Source of the DNA: Cycas panzhihuaensis
Taxonomy: Eukaryota; Plantae; Cycadophyta
Reading direction: 5' to 3'
Assembly: GCA_023213395.1 (NCBI GenBank)
Contig: CM041465.1
Coordinates: 102,679,741-102,743,740 of the forward strand
DNA: 64,000 nt
Each line of letters opens with the position of its first letter. Position 1 is the first letter of the stretch. Positions 40,073-52,500 of this stretch are shown in pieces. The notes under the pieces are model-generated. The model saw only the letters and a list, made by a program, of their open reading frames with translations. It was not told the DNA's origin and ran no database searches. The position numbers were made by a program, and so were the translations under genes.

Positions 40073-42047
40073 TGTGTGCAGCTCAATCATGCTCAGACAA
40101 TTGCAAAGAGAAAGACGCACACTTTTAGAATAAGTCCATCCAGGATTAATTACTCAAGATGGCACCACGTCTGGTCTTCTCACAACCGGCGCTTGCCGGC
40201 ATGTCTGAGCTGCCTTACACGTGGCAGGATTCTTTTACATAGACATAAGCAAACTAAGATACATATCCGCACATTGCGATTCTTTCCTTTTATACTCTTT
40301 TCAGAGCGTTACATAAGCTTTCTTTTCACAAAATAAACTACTTTCCTAATCATCATGGGTCTGCCACGCTCGGCAGCCCCATTCCCTGCCCGAATAGCGA
40401 CTGTGGCCTCAGCAGCCAGAGCAGCCGTAGCATCAGTGCCTGTAGCGCCAGTAGCGACTCAGAAACTGTAGCCCTGTAGCAGCCTGTAGTGGTTGTAATG
40501 ACAAAATCAACCACACATCTTCCCCGCCACCTGTTTTGAACAAGTAGCATACTTGTTCAAACAAAAAATAATTTTAACGCCTTTCTTGTATCTTTATTCG
40601 TTCACGGCGTATATACTCCATTTCTGGTTCTATAATATGAGGAGGGATTTTTAGTCCGTTCTGTCTCAAATATTTGCACAACATTACAACATCGTGCATT
40701 GTATTTAGCTGAGGCAATGTTGGCTGTTCCCCTGATTTCAATTGGTCAATTTCCTGGTTTAATTCCTCATTGACTCTTTCCATTAATTCTAAGCGTTCTC
40801 GGAAGGCCTTACGTTCCTTCGGAGGTTCTTACAACGCTCAATCTTCATCTGCTTGAATAATCCATGCTCCCGATCGATGATAGGCGGTTGCATGTCTTCT
40901 GGAATGTACTTATCGAACCTTCTCCGAAATTCCGCTACATGGGATCCAATTTCGTGAACATCATCTACCCAATCTAATATGAATGCCTTCAAAGATTCTA
41001 ATTTATTTACTGTAATCTGATGAACCTGTCTTAATGATTCATCAGGTGGTTTTGCCCGGCTTTCCAACTCAGTAACTAATTGTCTAGTTACCTTTGCTAA
41101 AAGGATGTCTTCCAAGTTGTGATGTCTTGTGCATCACATAACATTGGATCCATCCCCTCCTCTAACGCCTCCTTACTCGTATTAAATTCTACTTCTGGAG
41201 GTTGATTATCCAAAATATCCAAAATTTGCCGTCTTCTTTCCGCTGCTCTTCTTTTCCTTTCTGCCACAGCTTCTTCTTCTATTTTCCGCTTCTTTCTCCC
41301 TTCAGCCGACTCGTGTCTTCCTGAGGTTCTTCGTCTTTGTTACAATCCACCGGCGCGATTGGGGTCTGACTTTCCTCTTGCCTCCCCTTCCAACCTCGCT
41401 TTTTTACCGGCTTCTTGTCTATTAATTCTATGGGTCTTCGCGTGCCCTCCTGGCTCTTCTCCGCGTCCCAGCGTCTGCTTCTCTCATCCCGAGTTTCTAT
41501 CTTTTTTAACGAATTTACCCTAGGTGGCATGAGTGGCTTCAGGTCTTTATCCTTTCATCTTTTTCTGATAGGAATCCGGCAACGGAACCAATATGTGTGC
41601 GGCTCAATCATGCTCAGACAATTGCAAAGAGAAAGACACACACTTTTAGAATAAGTCCATCCAGGATTAATTACTCAAGATGGCACCACGTCTGGTCCTC
41701 TCACAACCAGACGCTTGCCGGTTGTCTGAAGAGCTGCCTTACACGTGGCAGGATTCTTTTACATAGACATAAGCAAACTAAGATACATATCCGCACATTG
41801 CGGTTCTTTCCTTTTATACTCTTTTAAGAGCGTTACATAACTGTTTCTTTTTCACAAAATAAACTACTTTCCTAACTGTCATGGGTGCCTTGCATTGCCG
41901 AGCCCCATTCCCCTGCCGAATAGCGACCTCGTGACTCGTAGCGACTGTGACTCGTAACGACTGTAGCGATCTCATGACTCCGTGACAGAATGGCGACCAC
42001 AGCCTGTAGCAGCCTGTAGTGGTTGTAATGACAAAATCAACCACACA
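40073..42047 (-). mobile_element. Element C: 1.97-kb miniature LTR element with tRNA-Glu PBS and an unrecognised coding region
   Basis: LTRs at 40073-40517 and 41594-42047 (TGTGTG...CCACACA). Perfect TSD TATCC (40068-40072 and 42048-42052). PBS CCGGCAACGGAACCA at 41576-41590. PPT GTGGCGGGGAAGA on minus (40518-40530). Confidence 0.9.
40574..41530 (-). pseudogene. Fragmented ORF of element C (charged, coiled-coil-like; no recognisable retro domain)
   Basis: ORFs 41279-41530, 40789-41115 and 40574-40783 tile the region between PBS and PPT. It starts MPPR..RW, like the B gag N-terminus. Confidence 0.6.
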
Positions 42048-43551
42048 TATCCAATAAAATTTTGGGTAGACAAAACACCATGTTTTTTTTCTAACATCAA
42101 TTTGATGCTCTCTAAGTTCAAATGACCTAGTTTGCTATGCCATAATTTTTCCTTAGTAAGTGACTAAGAGATGTAGGCATGAGATTTGCTAATAGTTGCA
42201 TTGAATTTATAAAGTCCATGGTCCTCATGACCAATAACAACTACTTGGTCTTTTCTGTCACTTATAATACGTTTGTCATTTTTAAATAATACACTCATCT
42301 ATTGTTCGTCAAGTTGGCTAACAGAGAGGAGATTTCTAGACATAGATGGTACTAGAAATACATTGCCAATGGGAAATGGTTAAGCAAATTTCAAAGGAGT
42401 GGTGAAGAAGGCAATTTTACCAACATTTGAAATTTGAATAGTTTGATTGTTTTCAAAGGTAACTATTTGTTCCTTGCTCTCTTCAATGTCTCCTAACAAT
42501 TCAACATTGCCTGTCACGATGGGATGCGCCAGAGTCGACAATGTCGTTGTTGTTGTTGTTGTCATACACACAAAAACAATTTAGCATTTTTATCATAATG
42601 ATTGTTGTGGCCTTGATAGCCACCTCTATATGCTCCTATTTACTTCTACAATGACCTCCTCAATATGCACCTCGATTTGGCCTTTGTGAAGGTTGTTGTT
42701 GTTGTTGCATGTCATATTACTTCTTTCTACACTCTGGTTATATGTGCCCAACCTTGTCACAATAATGACAAACAACAGTTTTGAATTTGGAAGCATTAAT
42801 ATTCAGATTACCAAACTTTTTCTAAAAATTTTACTTGGGGGCCATGGGTTGCTTGCCTTTGTGCCTTACAATAAAAGCACCAAAAGTTGTCCCTTCATCT
42901 TGACGAGAATAGACTTCCACTTCTCATATTACAGGACTTTCTAGTAGTAATCATACTCTCTTGGAAGTGCATGAATGGTCGTACTCACAAAGTCTTTATT
43001 TGTAGTTGGCTCACCCAATGCTATCAATTGATTATTGATTTCTTTTACATTTGACAAGAAGACCATCATAAACTCAACAAATTTTATGCTAAACAACTTA
43101 GCTTTGGACATAATAATATGAACATCATCTCACTTTTTATACAATGATAATAATACATCCAAAGCATCTCTTGAAGTAGATGTATTAGCAATATATTGAT
43201 CAACAATATTATGAATTATCCTATGCCAGAAGGCCAATGCAATCTCATCTTTAACATCTCAAGCAGCAATAGCAACAAGATCTAGAGCGATTAAGTTGTT
43301 AGGATTTGTTGGATTAGCAGAAGGAGCAGGTTTAGGAAACTTTTTACATACATATCCACATAGTTCATTCATGATTAACAAGTTTTTAGCTTGTTTTTAT
43401 CAATCTTGAAAATTTTTAGGTCCGATGAATTTCATAGGACTTGTATTAAACATTGATATTGTAGCCATTTTTTTCAAAAGTTAAGGTTTTCTAACTAAAA
43501 AAATGATTTTGGAACTATTAAACTTTCATAGTTGAAGTTTCACTTGCAAAC

Positions 43552-46085
43552 TCTTGGGTATAATGTTTAATTACATATTATAGTTGTGTATTAGTCAAGT
43601 CAAGTCCCCCCGCTCTCCCAATATAATATTGTGAGCATCTTAAAATGTCTGCCCATGCTCACATATTCCTATGTTGTCCCATTAGTAGACAAGAGTTTCT
43701 CCACCTCATTGGTTGGACAAGAGATCAAATAGTCTTATAAATATGTACACACATTCAACATAATTCTTTGAAGCTTTTGTGTTTCTTTTGTATGTGCATG
43801 ATTCATCTTTCTTGATTTCATGTTTATCCTCTTTTGACCTCTTATTTGTCCAACATCTTATTTCCAACATATGATATTGAAGTCAACAAAAAGATACCTG
43901 GAGAAAATTTTCTTTTTAACCTACATGCTAATTTTTAGAGCCATTTTCATCATAGTTTGTTGTATTATTGGAACCATTATTTGTGCTTGTTTTCTGACCT
44001 ATCATAATGTTATTTTGAAAGTTTTTTTGCTATTGTTTTTTTTAGATTATTTGGGGGCAAAATTTTTACCACCAATCGCTCTGAGTGCCCACAAATGCAG
44101 ACTACCTAGCAAGATGCCCAGAAAATACACATGCAAATAGGTGGCCAAACAGTTAAATAATATATAAACATGACTTGGATGTTGACTCTACTTTAGAAAG
44201 AGAATTTATGTGTGGGCGACATGATCGAATCTGAGTGTTCCCTAGACCAGGATGAAGACTGCTCATGCTTGTCTAGAGATGCTGGAGACTGCTCAAACAA
44301 AGATGCAAGATGGCCTCGACGCAAAGTATGACTTGTCCACAAATGAGAAACAAAGTAAATTGGTTCTAGAAATCTGTTAAAAGTATATACACCTACAAAG
44401 CTTCACAAGACAAAGCGAGGAGATTGCAAAGATGAAATTAGAAGTCATCCACACATATGCAACTGTCGCCAAATGTCGTGGATAGGACAAAGATGAAGGC
44501 AACATTTGTAGAAAACATATAGATGCAAAGACAAAGATGGCGACTATGGAGATACTTGCAAAATGCCTATCCAATGATGCCCTAAAGGAGACAAAAACAT
44601 GCAGAGAGAAAGCAGAGCCACTACTTGTATATGAATAAAATCGCACAAACCCTAATCACAATGAAAAAAAATATTTTTAATGGTTGGCATATTTTATTTC
44701 ACGGTGAACAAGATTTATTTTTTTGACTTGATTAATCATTTTTGTAATTGCAGAAATAGATTTAACCGTATTTGATATTTTTTTGAAATCCAACAACCCC
44801 TTTGATTTCAACCCCCCGGTCACATGGTGCAATCCATGTAACCTCCAACTCAACCACAAAAAGGGCTAAGTCCTTATTTTTCGGTCCTCTTTACATTTTA
44901 AGGAGATGCCTTTACATTTCTAGCCATAACTTGAGGTTGGGGAATCGGAATTCAATTCTGAAAGTTGCGTTGGGAAGCTAACTCACCCCTCTTCAAATTG
45001 TCGGGTTATTTGAAGCATTTTGAAGACATTTCATTGTAGAAAATTCAGTTTGAAATAAAAACAAGGGTAAAAAAAGAGTACTTTTTATGAATTTTTTATA
45101 TTTAGGCACTTTTATGTCTTTTCAAGGGTTCCAAATTACTGTATTGATGAAATGTAACCCCAAAGGGGGAGAAAAACTGTTATTTATAGGCTCTATTTTA
45201 GACTTTGGAAAACCAGTGTTGTAAAAATGTCTTAGGAGAGAGTCATTTGATGTAATTCTTGAGTCACACCTTATATTTATGTCAATGTATTACTAAATCT
45301 TATAAGCCCAAAGAGGTAAATGAGAGCCCATAGAAGCATGTAAGGCCATGAAGGCCCATTGAATATGTTTATGAGAATGTGTTCCCAAAGAAGTTACTAT
45401 TTGGTACTCGTTTTGCAAGGGGCAAGAACATATGTTACCTTGCTTCTCAACTCGTTTGTTTGGCCAAGTAATTAGGCCTATTCCTAGGATGGTTGACAAA
45501 TGTTGGCAAAACCATGTACGTGAAGAAGTTTCCTATAGAACTGGCAATCACACCGGCTAGTTGCCCGTGTGATACAGCAAATGGAGCTTTTTTTATACAG
45601 ATGTTTAACAAAAATTTATTGTTTCAATAGCTTGAAGAAGAAGGTGATGATAATCCTCCATTTGATCCTGCGAATTTGAAAGAGGAGGCAATTATGATAG
45701 TTTGATGTGACATTTGTATTTTATAATTAAACATCATGGGGGAGCAATGTTGGGTACAATGTTTAACTACATATTACAGTTGTGTATAAGTCAAGTGAAG
45801 TCCCCCAACTCTCTTAATATAATATTGTGATCATCTTAAAATGTGTGTCCATGCTCACATATTCATGTGTCGTCCCATTGGTAGACATAGAGGTTCTCCG
45901 CCTCATGCATTGGATAAGAGGTCAAATAGTCTTACAAATATGTACACAGATTCAACATAATTCTTTAAAGGGTGGTCATTCTTCCACCATTTTTGTGTTC
46001 CTTTATATGTGCATATTTCATCTTTCTTGATTTCATATTTATCCTATTTTGGGCCTCTTATTTGTCCAACATCTTATTTCCAACA
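43552..46085 (+). mobile_element. Element D: 2.5-kb non-coding LTR element (TRIM/LARD-like)
   Basis: LTRs at 43552-43869 and 45748-46085. Perfect TSD CAAAC (43547-43551 and 46086-46090). PPT GGGGGAG at 45738-45744. Decayed PBS TGATATTGAAG after 43871. Confidence 0.9.
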
Positions 46086-48748
46086 CAAACACACCAACAA
46101 CCCTAATTTATTATGAGATCCAATAGCTAAAAAATGTAAAATAAGTGGAGGGTTAGGCTATCAAGTGGTCCAACTCTAATCTATAAATGAGATCCAACAG
46201 TTGGCCAAAAATCAAGTTTTAGTACAAAGAGGTAGGGTTGATTTGCACAGGGTATCGTGCTTTCCTTATAGTTCTCAACTCTAATAACAGTATTTTGGAG
46301 CCTCTCCCAGAAAAAGACGTCTTAATTGTTATGCACTGGCCATATAACCGATTGGTCCCTTAGGGAATGCACCAATCTTAAGACTTTGATGCAAGGTTTA
46401 AAATCTTTTCCAAACCTCCCCACTTCAAAATTTTAATAATTTTTTATATGAAGTCGGTTGCAAAATGAAATTTGGATTTTTTCCAATGAGCTTTAATTCT
46501 GTCAAATGAACTTTAATGCTATCAAGTAATGATGCTAATATATTGAAAAATAATGCTTGATTGCATGTAGTGCTTATGTATTCCCTTCCTTGGTGCAAAA
46601 ATAAAATTTTTAAAGGGCACTAAGTCAATGTTTTACAAAGTAATCACACAAAAGATGCTTCAAAATCTTTAATGATCTACCACACTCCAAAAAATTGAAC
46701 TTTATTAACGATAATGTACTTTTTGAGCCCCTTTTGATGAGTTAGGACACCACACAAGGAGCCTAATAAGTACAATGATGAATTTTTCACTTACAACAAA
46801 AAATTTTACTTAAAAAAAAAACACTACGCAAGTCAGAAAAACCACATGCAAATTTTATTATGCGCTAGGGTGTGCTTGGCTCTTAAGAAAAGTGATTTTA
46901 CACTTAAAAAAGTGATGACAAGTGGAAAAATGCCAAACCTTAGAATAGTAAGATTATTAAAAAGGGGATATTCTTTAAAATATTTCAAGATATATAATCT
47001 AAAGTTAAAAAATTATAGTTATAAATTGAATTTTTCCTTTTTAATGACGTTGAGCGGGATGTCAACACACGTAGTCGAAAATAATTGACAATTATCGATC
47101 GAGATGAGCTCCAGATTCAATTTGTAGGCCCTTTGGGTGAAAGTGCAGGATGCATAGGTTGAAAAGAGCTTTCTAGTGATCAACAAGAGCTACCAATATT
47201 ACACAGGAGCCGCCAAAGCAGTGCAAGTCTATAGGAGGTAAACAGATAACCATTGGTCAATGCACAAGTCTGCAAAGGTACAAACAGTGATACGCAGGCT
47301 CAAAGAATTGTTCTCAGTAGGGATCTATCACATGCAGTGATTAGATAGTGCTCAACAAAGAAAACAAGAGCTCAACACAAAGAACAAGCACCAACAAGGG
47401 TTTGGGCAATGTGAAGTGTGTTAAAAGTTACACCTTATGCATATCTGCAAACACATACAAACAACAAAAATATAGCAAAAATAGAGAGTCGAAATAGTGG
47501 AGAAGAATCTCCTTGAATTGATTACCAAAAGTGAAGTACAAAGTATCTTTGTATAGTACGGCCAAGACCCTCACATTGTGGTCAACCTTATGAGGAGAAA
47601 ATGTCTTTATACTAGAATTGACTTCAATAATACAATAAACATCATAGCATAATTTATTTTGGCTGACTTCCAAATAAACTGGAATGTTCATACTAAACTT
47701 TGAATTAATTGTAGGCCAACCTATAGATAAATACATTGTTTCTAACACCCTCTCTTAATATTTTATCTATTCTAGGCCAAGTTGGTCCCAAAAGAATTGA
47801 AACTTCTCTCTTGATAATGGCTTTGTGAAAATGTCAGCAACTTGGTTGTTTGTGGTGCAATGAATTAGCTCCAATTCCTTGTTCTGAACTTTTTCCTTGA
47901 TGAAGTGATGATGGACTTCTATATGCTTTGTTTTAGTATGAAAGATTGGATTCTTCGTCAACTTGATTGTACTTTGATTGTGACAGTAGAGAGCTGTTAG
48001 TCCATCTTGTTCCTGTTTTAGCTCCTTTAGTAATTGTCTGATCCAAATAGCGTCATAGGTAGCACTTACTGTTGCTTTGTATTCAGCTTCAGTGGAAGAT
48101 AATGCAACAGATGGTTGTTTCTTGTTGCTCCAACAAATAATTGTTGAACCAAGCAAGAAACAATAGCCCGTGGTGGATTTCTTGTCTCCTTTGTCATCTA
48201 CCCAATCAAAATCATTAAAACCAAGCAGTTCTATTTTCTCAAATTTTGCATATTTTAGTCCTCAATTCGAAGCACCTTTAAAATATCTAAGAATTCTCTT
48301 CACTGCAATCCAGTGAGATAACTTTGGTTCTTGCATGAATCTAAAAATCACTCCAACTAAGTATGAGATATTTGGCCTAGTGGGAGTGAGATAAATCAGA
48401 CTTCCTACCAATTGTATGTATAGTTAGGTATCTACAACTTGACCATCATAATCTTTTGTCAAGGAGCATCCTATTTCCATAGGTGTGACACAACTGTTAC
48501 AATTTTCTATCTTGAATTTTGCAAGTAGACTTCTCAAATATTTTGATTGAGATAAAATGAAGTCATCTTGCTGCTCTACCTCAATTGCAACATTAAAATG
48601 TAGGAGACCTAGATCAGTCATTTCAAACACCTTTTCAGATTGCTTCTTTATAAGTGAGATAGAGTTAGTGTCATTTCTTGTCAGAATCATGTCATCCACA
48701 TACACAACTATTATGGATATTAAATTTTTGTTGATCTTGATATGTAAA

Positions 48749-51700
48749 TGTTAGAAGATAATGTTTAATATGTAAGTGTTTAAAGTATTTAGGTGAATGT
48801 CATATCTAGGAGTCAATATTATAATGTTAATGTAATGCACACTTGTGCATGTAAGAAGTCATTAGGTTATTGGTCATTTAGTAGGTGTTATGCCATTGGT
48901 TGTATTGGAGGTCATTTATCCCACATATAACACAAGTCTTTACTCTCTCTCACTTATGATCTATAAATAAGTGGTTGAGGTAGAGTAGATCACATTGAGT
49001 TAAGATGGAGTCCATTATGATATTATTGTGGTTATGTAGACATTGTGATGTAATCTCTTTCATTATGAGTTAATGCTATCATATTATGTTCCTTGTTCTA
49101 TTGATCTTGAATGATTTCCATCGCATATTTCAACATGGTATCAGAGCAGATTGCTTGTCAAGCTCATTGTTGTGCAGGTTCACTAGTTTATTAATGCATG
49201 TAGAAGTGGCTCCATAAAAGCCAATTACTAGATTTAAGGTTCTGATTTTGGAAGGTGAAACTCCAAGGCCGTTATTGCAAGTTGTGCCAAACCGTGACCA
49301 TGATTAATGCAATATAGATTTTTTTACCAGGTAACACTATTCCTTTGCTTGACTTTGTGGAGAAAGCTAAGTGCCAGGGTTTACTTTGGGAAGAAATTAA
49401 TTGATATGAATTTGTGAAGCCAAAATCTGGTTAAGGTGAATTTACGAACCTGAAAAGATATATGAACTTGTTGGCCATTGAATTCTATCTGTACAATGAA
49501 AGTAAAGGGTTTGTTCCTATTAGGGTTTGGGTTGAAAAATATTAAGGACTTGATTAGTGAAAATTAAAGTCAAAATTATCAAGTTTTGGTTCTATCATAA
49601 ACCCCGCATGCATAAAGAAGTCAACCCCAACCACTGCAGGGTAAGAAATTTCAATAAAAGTTATAAACAAAAGCACATCATTAGTGGCTACTCATTTCTA
49701 AAAAGAAAAAAAAAGGGGACCGTGAAAGTCTTGTCATAGGGGAAGAAAAATCTTTCTACCATAAGGGCATAAAGGAGTAAAATCCTAATTGCTTAGAAAT
49801 CCTTGTGGAAAGGATCCACTTCTGTCTTATGTTCACTCCGACACATTTGCAGATATCAAACTCGTGCATCATTAAGTTGCTATAGTAGAAACCCTAGCCG
49901 TTGAGGAGATCAATAAACCAGATTTGTAATTGACTACAACTGTTGGAATATTTTTTGAAGATGTTGTCTTGCTAAAGCTCTAGGGTTGTAGCCGCAAGAA
50001 ATAAATGTACACAAACTATGAAAACTTATAAAGGCAGACTTAGTATTCTACATCTATATTGATTATACCATAGTTGTTCCATGTCCGTGTTATTGGATTT
50101 TTTTCATGAAATTTGTTGTCGCCTCTGCTAGACCTGTCATGGCTGTCTACCTGAGTTGTCGAGATCTACCTGAGCTGTGGAGATCTATGCAAGTGCTGTG
50201 TAACGTAACTAGATAAAAGTATCATTCTGTCCCAAGCAAGTTCAAAATCAAAGCTACGAGAACAATGAGATTGTCATGTTGGGGTGAAAACTTGAGCTTC
50301 ATCTATTATGAATTCATGCAATCTGCTGATTGTGAGAGGAGATTGCCAAGCGATTTCACTTGCTGAGTATCTGCACCAACCTATGCAAGTGATCCTACTT
50401 GTGAGCGAGTTCTTTTTATCCCTTTTTTGTCAATGCCCTGCAGACTCTATTGAAGACATCTTGTGTTGGTTGTTTGTGGGATTGATGTTGTCATACGAGT
50501 ATATGTGCATTTCCTTGGTAAACCCTAAGATGTCGTAGAAACTGTATAGCTTGTGCTGCTCTGCACGTGATCGAATCCCTAGCAGTGTGGTGTATTCTCT
50601 GTTCTTTTGAGCTAGCGGGCAGACAAACTTCTTCCCAACAAAAGCAGCTATATCAGGTCAGATTTGTCCTTCGTACTAGATTTTGTCATGGTCTGCGCCT
50701 CCATTCGTCGCATACGGTTGAAGCAAATCTAAATTCGTCGAGAGCATGATGAATAAAAATCGCCCAGAAGATGAATGATTCAAAGAATCCATGATTCAGC
50801 ACATGATTCAACCCATCCAAGCTATTGTAAGAACTAAATTGACGAAGACGAAAGGAAAAAAAAATTTGCACAGGCGCAAATGCAAAGAGAGAGAGAGATA
50901 GGTTTTTTTTTTTAATTTGGGCAACAATATTATTTTTTCAATGATTCAAGATAAATCTAATAGAATTGGAACTCCATTTGAAATCTGCAGACGCCAAAGT
51001 TATTACAGCAGATTTAAATTTTTTTGCAAGGTCAAAAATGAATTATATCATATTAGAATGTGGTTTGGAATCCGCTAGCCCCCTAGCCATTAAGCTCCCA
51101 ACCTTATAGAGCTATAATATGACCAACAACTAATTTATTAAAGGGGTTTATCTCCTAACATTATCAATTTGATCTTAAAAAGGGGTTCTTGTACATTTTT
51201 CCTTATATCTCTCCATCCAAGCGTCTATTTTCCAAACGGTCTGAGGCGTTGGAACCATACTTCAGAGACGGGCATGTTGGTATGTAATTTAAGGTATTTT
51301 TCTACTCATTTGATAGATTTATTTCAGGTTGAAGTGGGTACATTCATACATCATGGAATTGATTGATATTATTATTTTTGTGTTAAAAAAGAATGAATTT
51401 TGGCTAACGAATAGTAGCATAGCCTTGCCTAAATATATCGAAACTAATTTTCAAATTTGGAAAATTAAAATGGAGTGCATATTTATGGCTAAAGGACTAT
51501 GGAAAATTGTTCTTGGTACTGCATTGATTAATGAAGAAGGGAAGAAAAACTTCAAAAAGAAAAACAAAGTAGCCATTGATGTGATGCTTGCAACTTTTGA
51601 CAAGGAAAATATTCCTTTTTCCTACCAGTTCCTCCTTCATACACTTCAAAATACTGATTCTATTAAAGAGGTCTGGAGATTGCTAAAAGATGCATATGAA

Positions 51701-52500
51701 AAGAGACCCCAGGAGGTGCAAGAGGAGCTTGAAAGGACAAAAAAATTTTGTGATACAAGTAACAAGGGCCAAGCAAGAGAAAAGGGCACTCTTGGAAAGA
51801 CTGGGTGCAATAACTTGACTAAGAACCAGAAAAAGAAGACAAAACGAAAAGCAAAAAGGGAGAATCAAATTGACTCTGGTAAGAGTAGTTCTCACATAGA
51901 CTTATCTGATGATCGTAAGGGAGATGAAAAGGTTTATGAACCTATCTCTAAAAATCAGTCTAATAATTGCCATTCAAAATCTGAAAAAGAAGAAAATGAA
52001 GAAACTAAGAAGGAAATCCTCTCACCCATATTTTCTTCTAATATTTTAAGTGATAGCACTTGGCTAGAGAACAATGTATTGCAAGTTACTGAGAGATCAA
52101 ATCCAGAAAGAACATGTACGAATGTAAAACTTGAAGTTGATTTCAAACATTCTTCACAGGTGGTAAATTATGAAGACACAGCTGCCTTAGTGGAAAGGTT
52201 AAGCAATATCACCTAAATTTGTGTTGATAAATTTATTGCTAGGCTCTAAATGACATTAGGTTACACAGTTGCGTGTATGCACACTAAACTTTGTATGGTC
52301 ACATTCAACATGACAGTTCTTTTCTATGCTTATCCTTGAAAGAATTCAAGTTAACATATCCTGCATTGGTACTAGAAGATTCATTCAAAAGAAGGAAGAA
52401 CATAGTTGGAGTATCATTTGATCATAATCTTGTCCTCTAAGACTATTATGTGTTTTGAGCAGGTTACTTAGTCAAAAAAGGCAATTATGTTAAGATATTA
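48749..52500 (+). mobile_element. Element F: gag-only copia-derived element, 3' LTR lost
   Basis: LTR 48749-49135 (TGTTAG...CAACA) with perfect PBS TGGTATCAGAGC at 49136-49147. A ~2.2-kb leader precedes a single gag-like ORF. The right boundary is approximate. Confidence 0.75.
51329..52216 (+). CDS. Truncated copia gag-like protein with a Lys/Glu-rich tail
   Basis: LPKYIETNFQIWKIKMECIFMAKGLWKIV and SIKEVWRLLKDAYE are copia gag N-terminal motifs. The frame is open for 295 codons. No zinc knuckle or pol follows. Confidence 0.7.
   Translation: MKWVHSYIMELIDIIIFVLKKNEFWLTNSSIALPKYIETNFQIWKIKMECIFMAKGLWKIVLGTALINEEGKKNFKKKNKVAIDVMLATFDKENIPFSYQFLLHTLQNTDSIKEVWRLLKDAYEKRPQEVQEELERTKKFCDTSNKGQAREKGTLGKTGCNNLTKNQKKKTKRKAKRENQIDSGKSSSHIDLSDDRKGDEKVYEPISKNQSNNCHSKSEKEENEETKKEILSPIFSSNILSDSTWLENNVLQVTERSNPERTCTNVKLEVDFKHSSQVVNYEDTAALVERLSNIT

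Larger units (their letters stand above)
32300..43468 (-). pseudogene. Disrupted gag-pol of copia A (interrupted by B and C; integrase core partly deleted)
   Basis: Shows YIDDLII, ALYGLKQA and SSIEAGY motifs. The gag is homologous to ORF 60507-60842. Confidence 0.85.
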
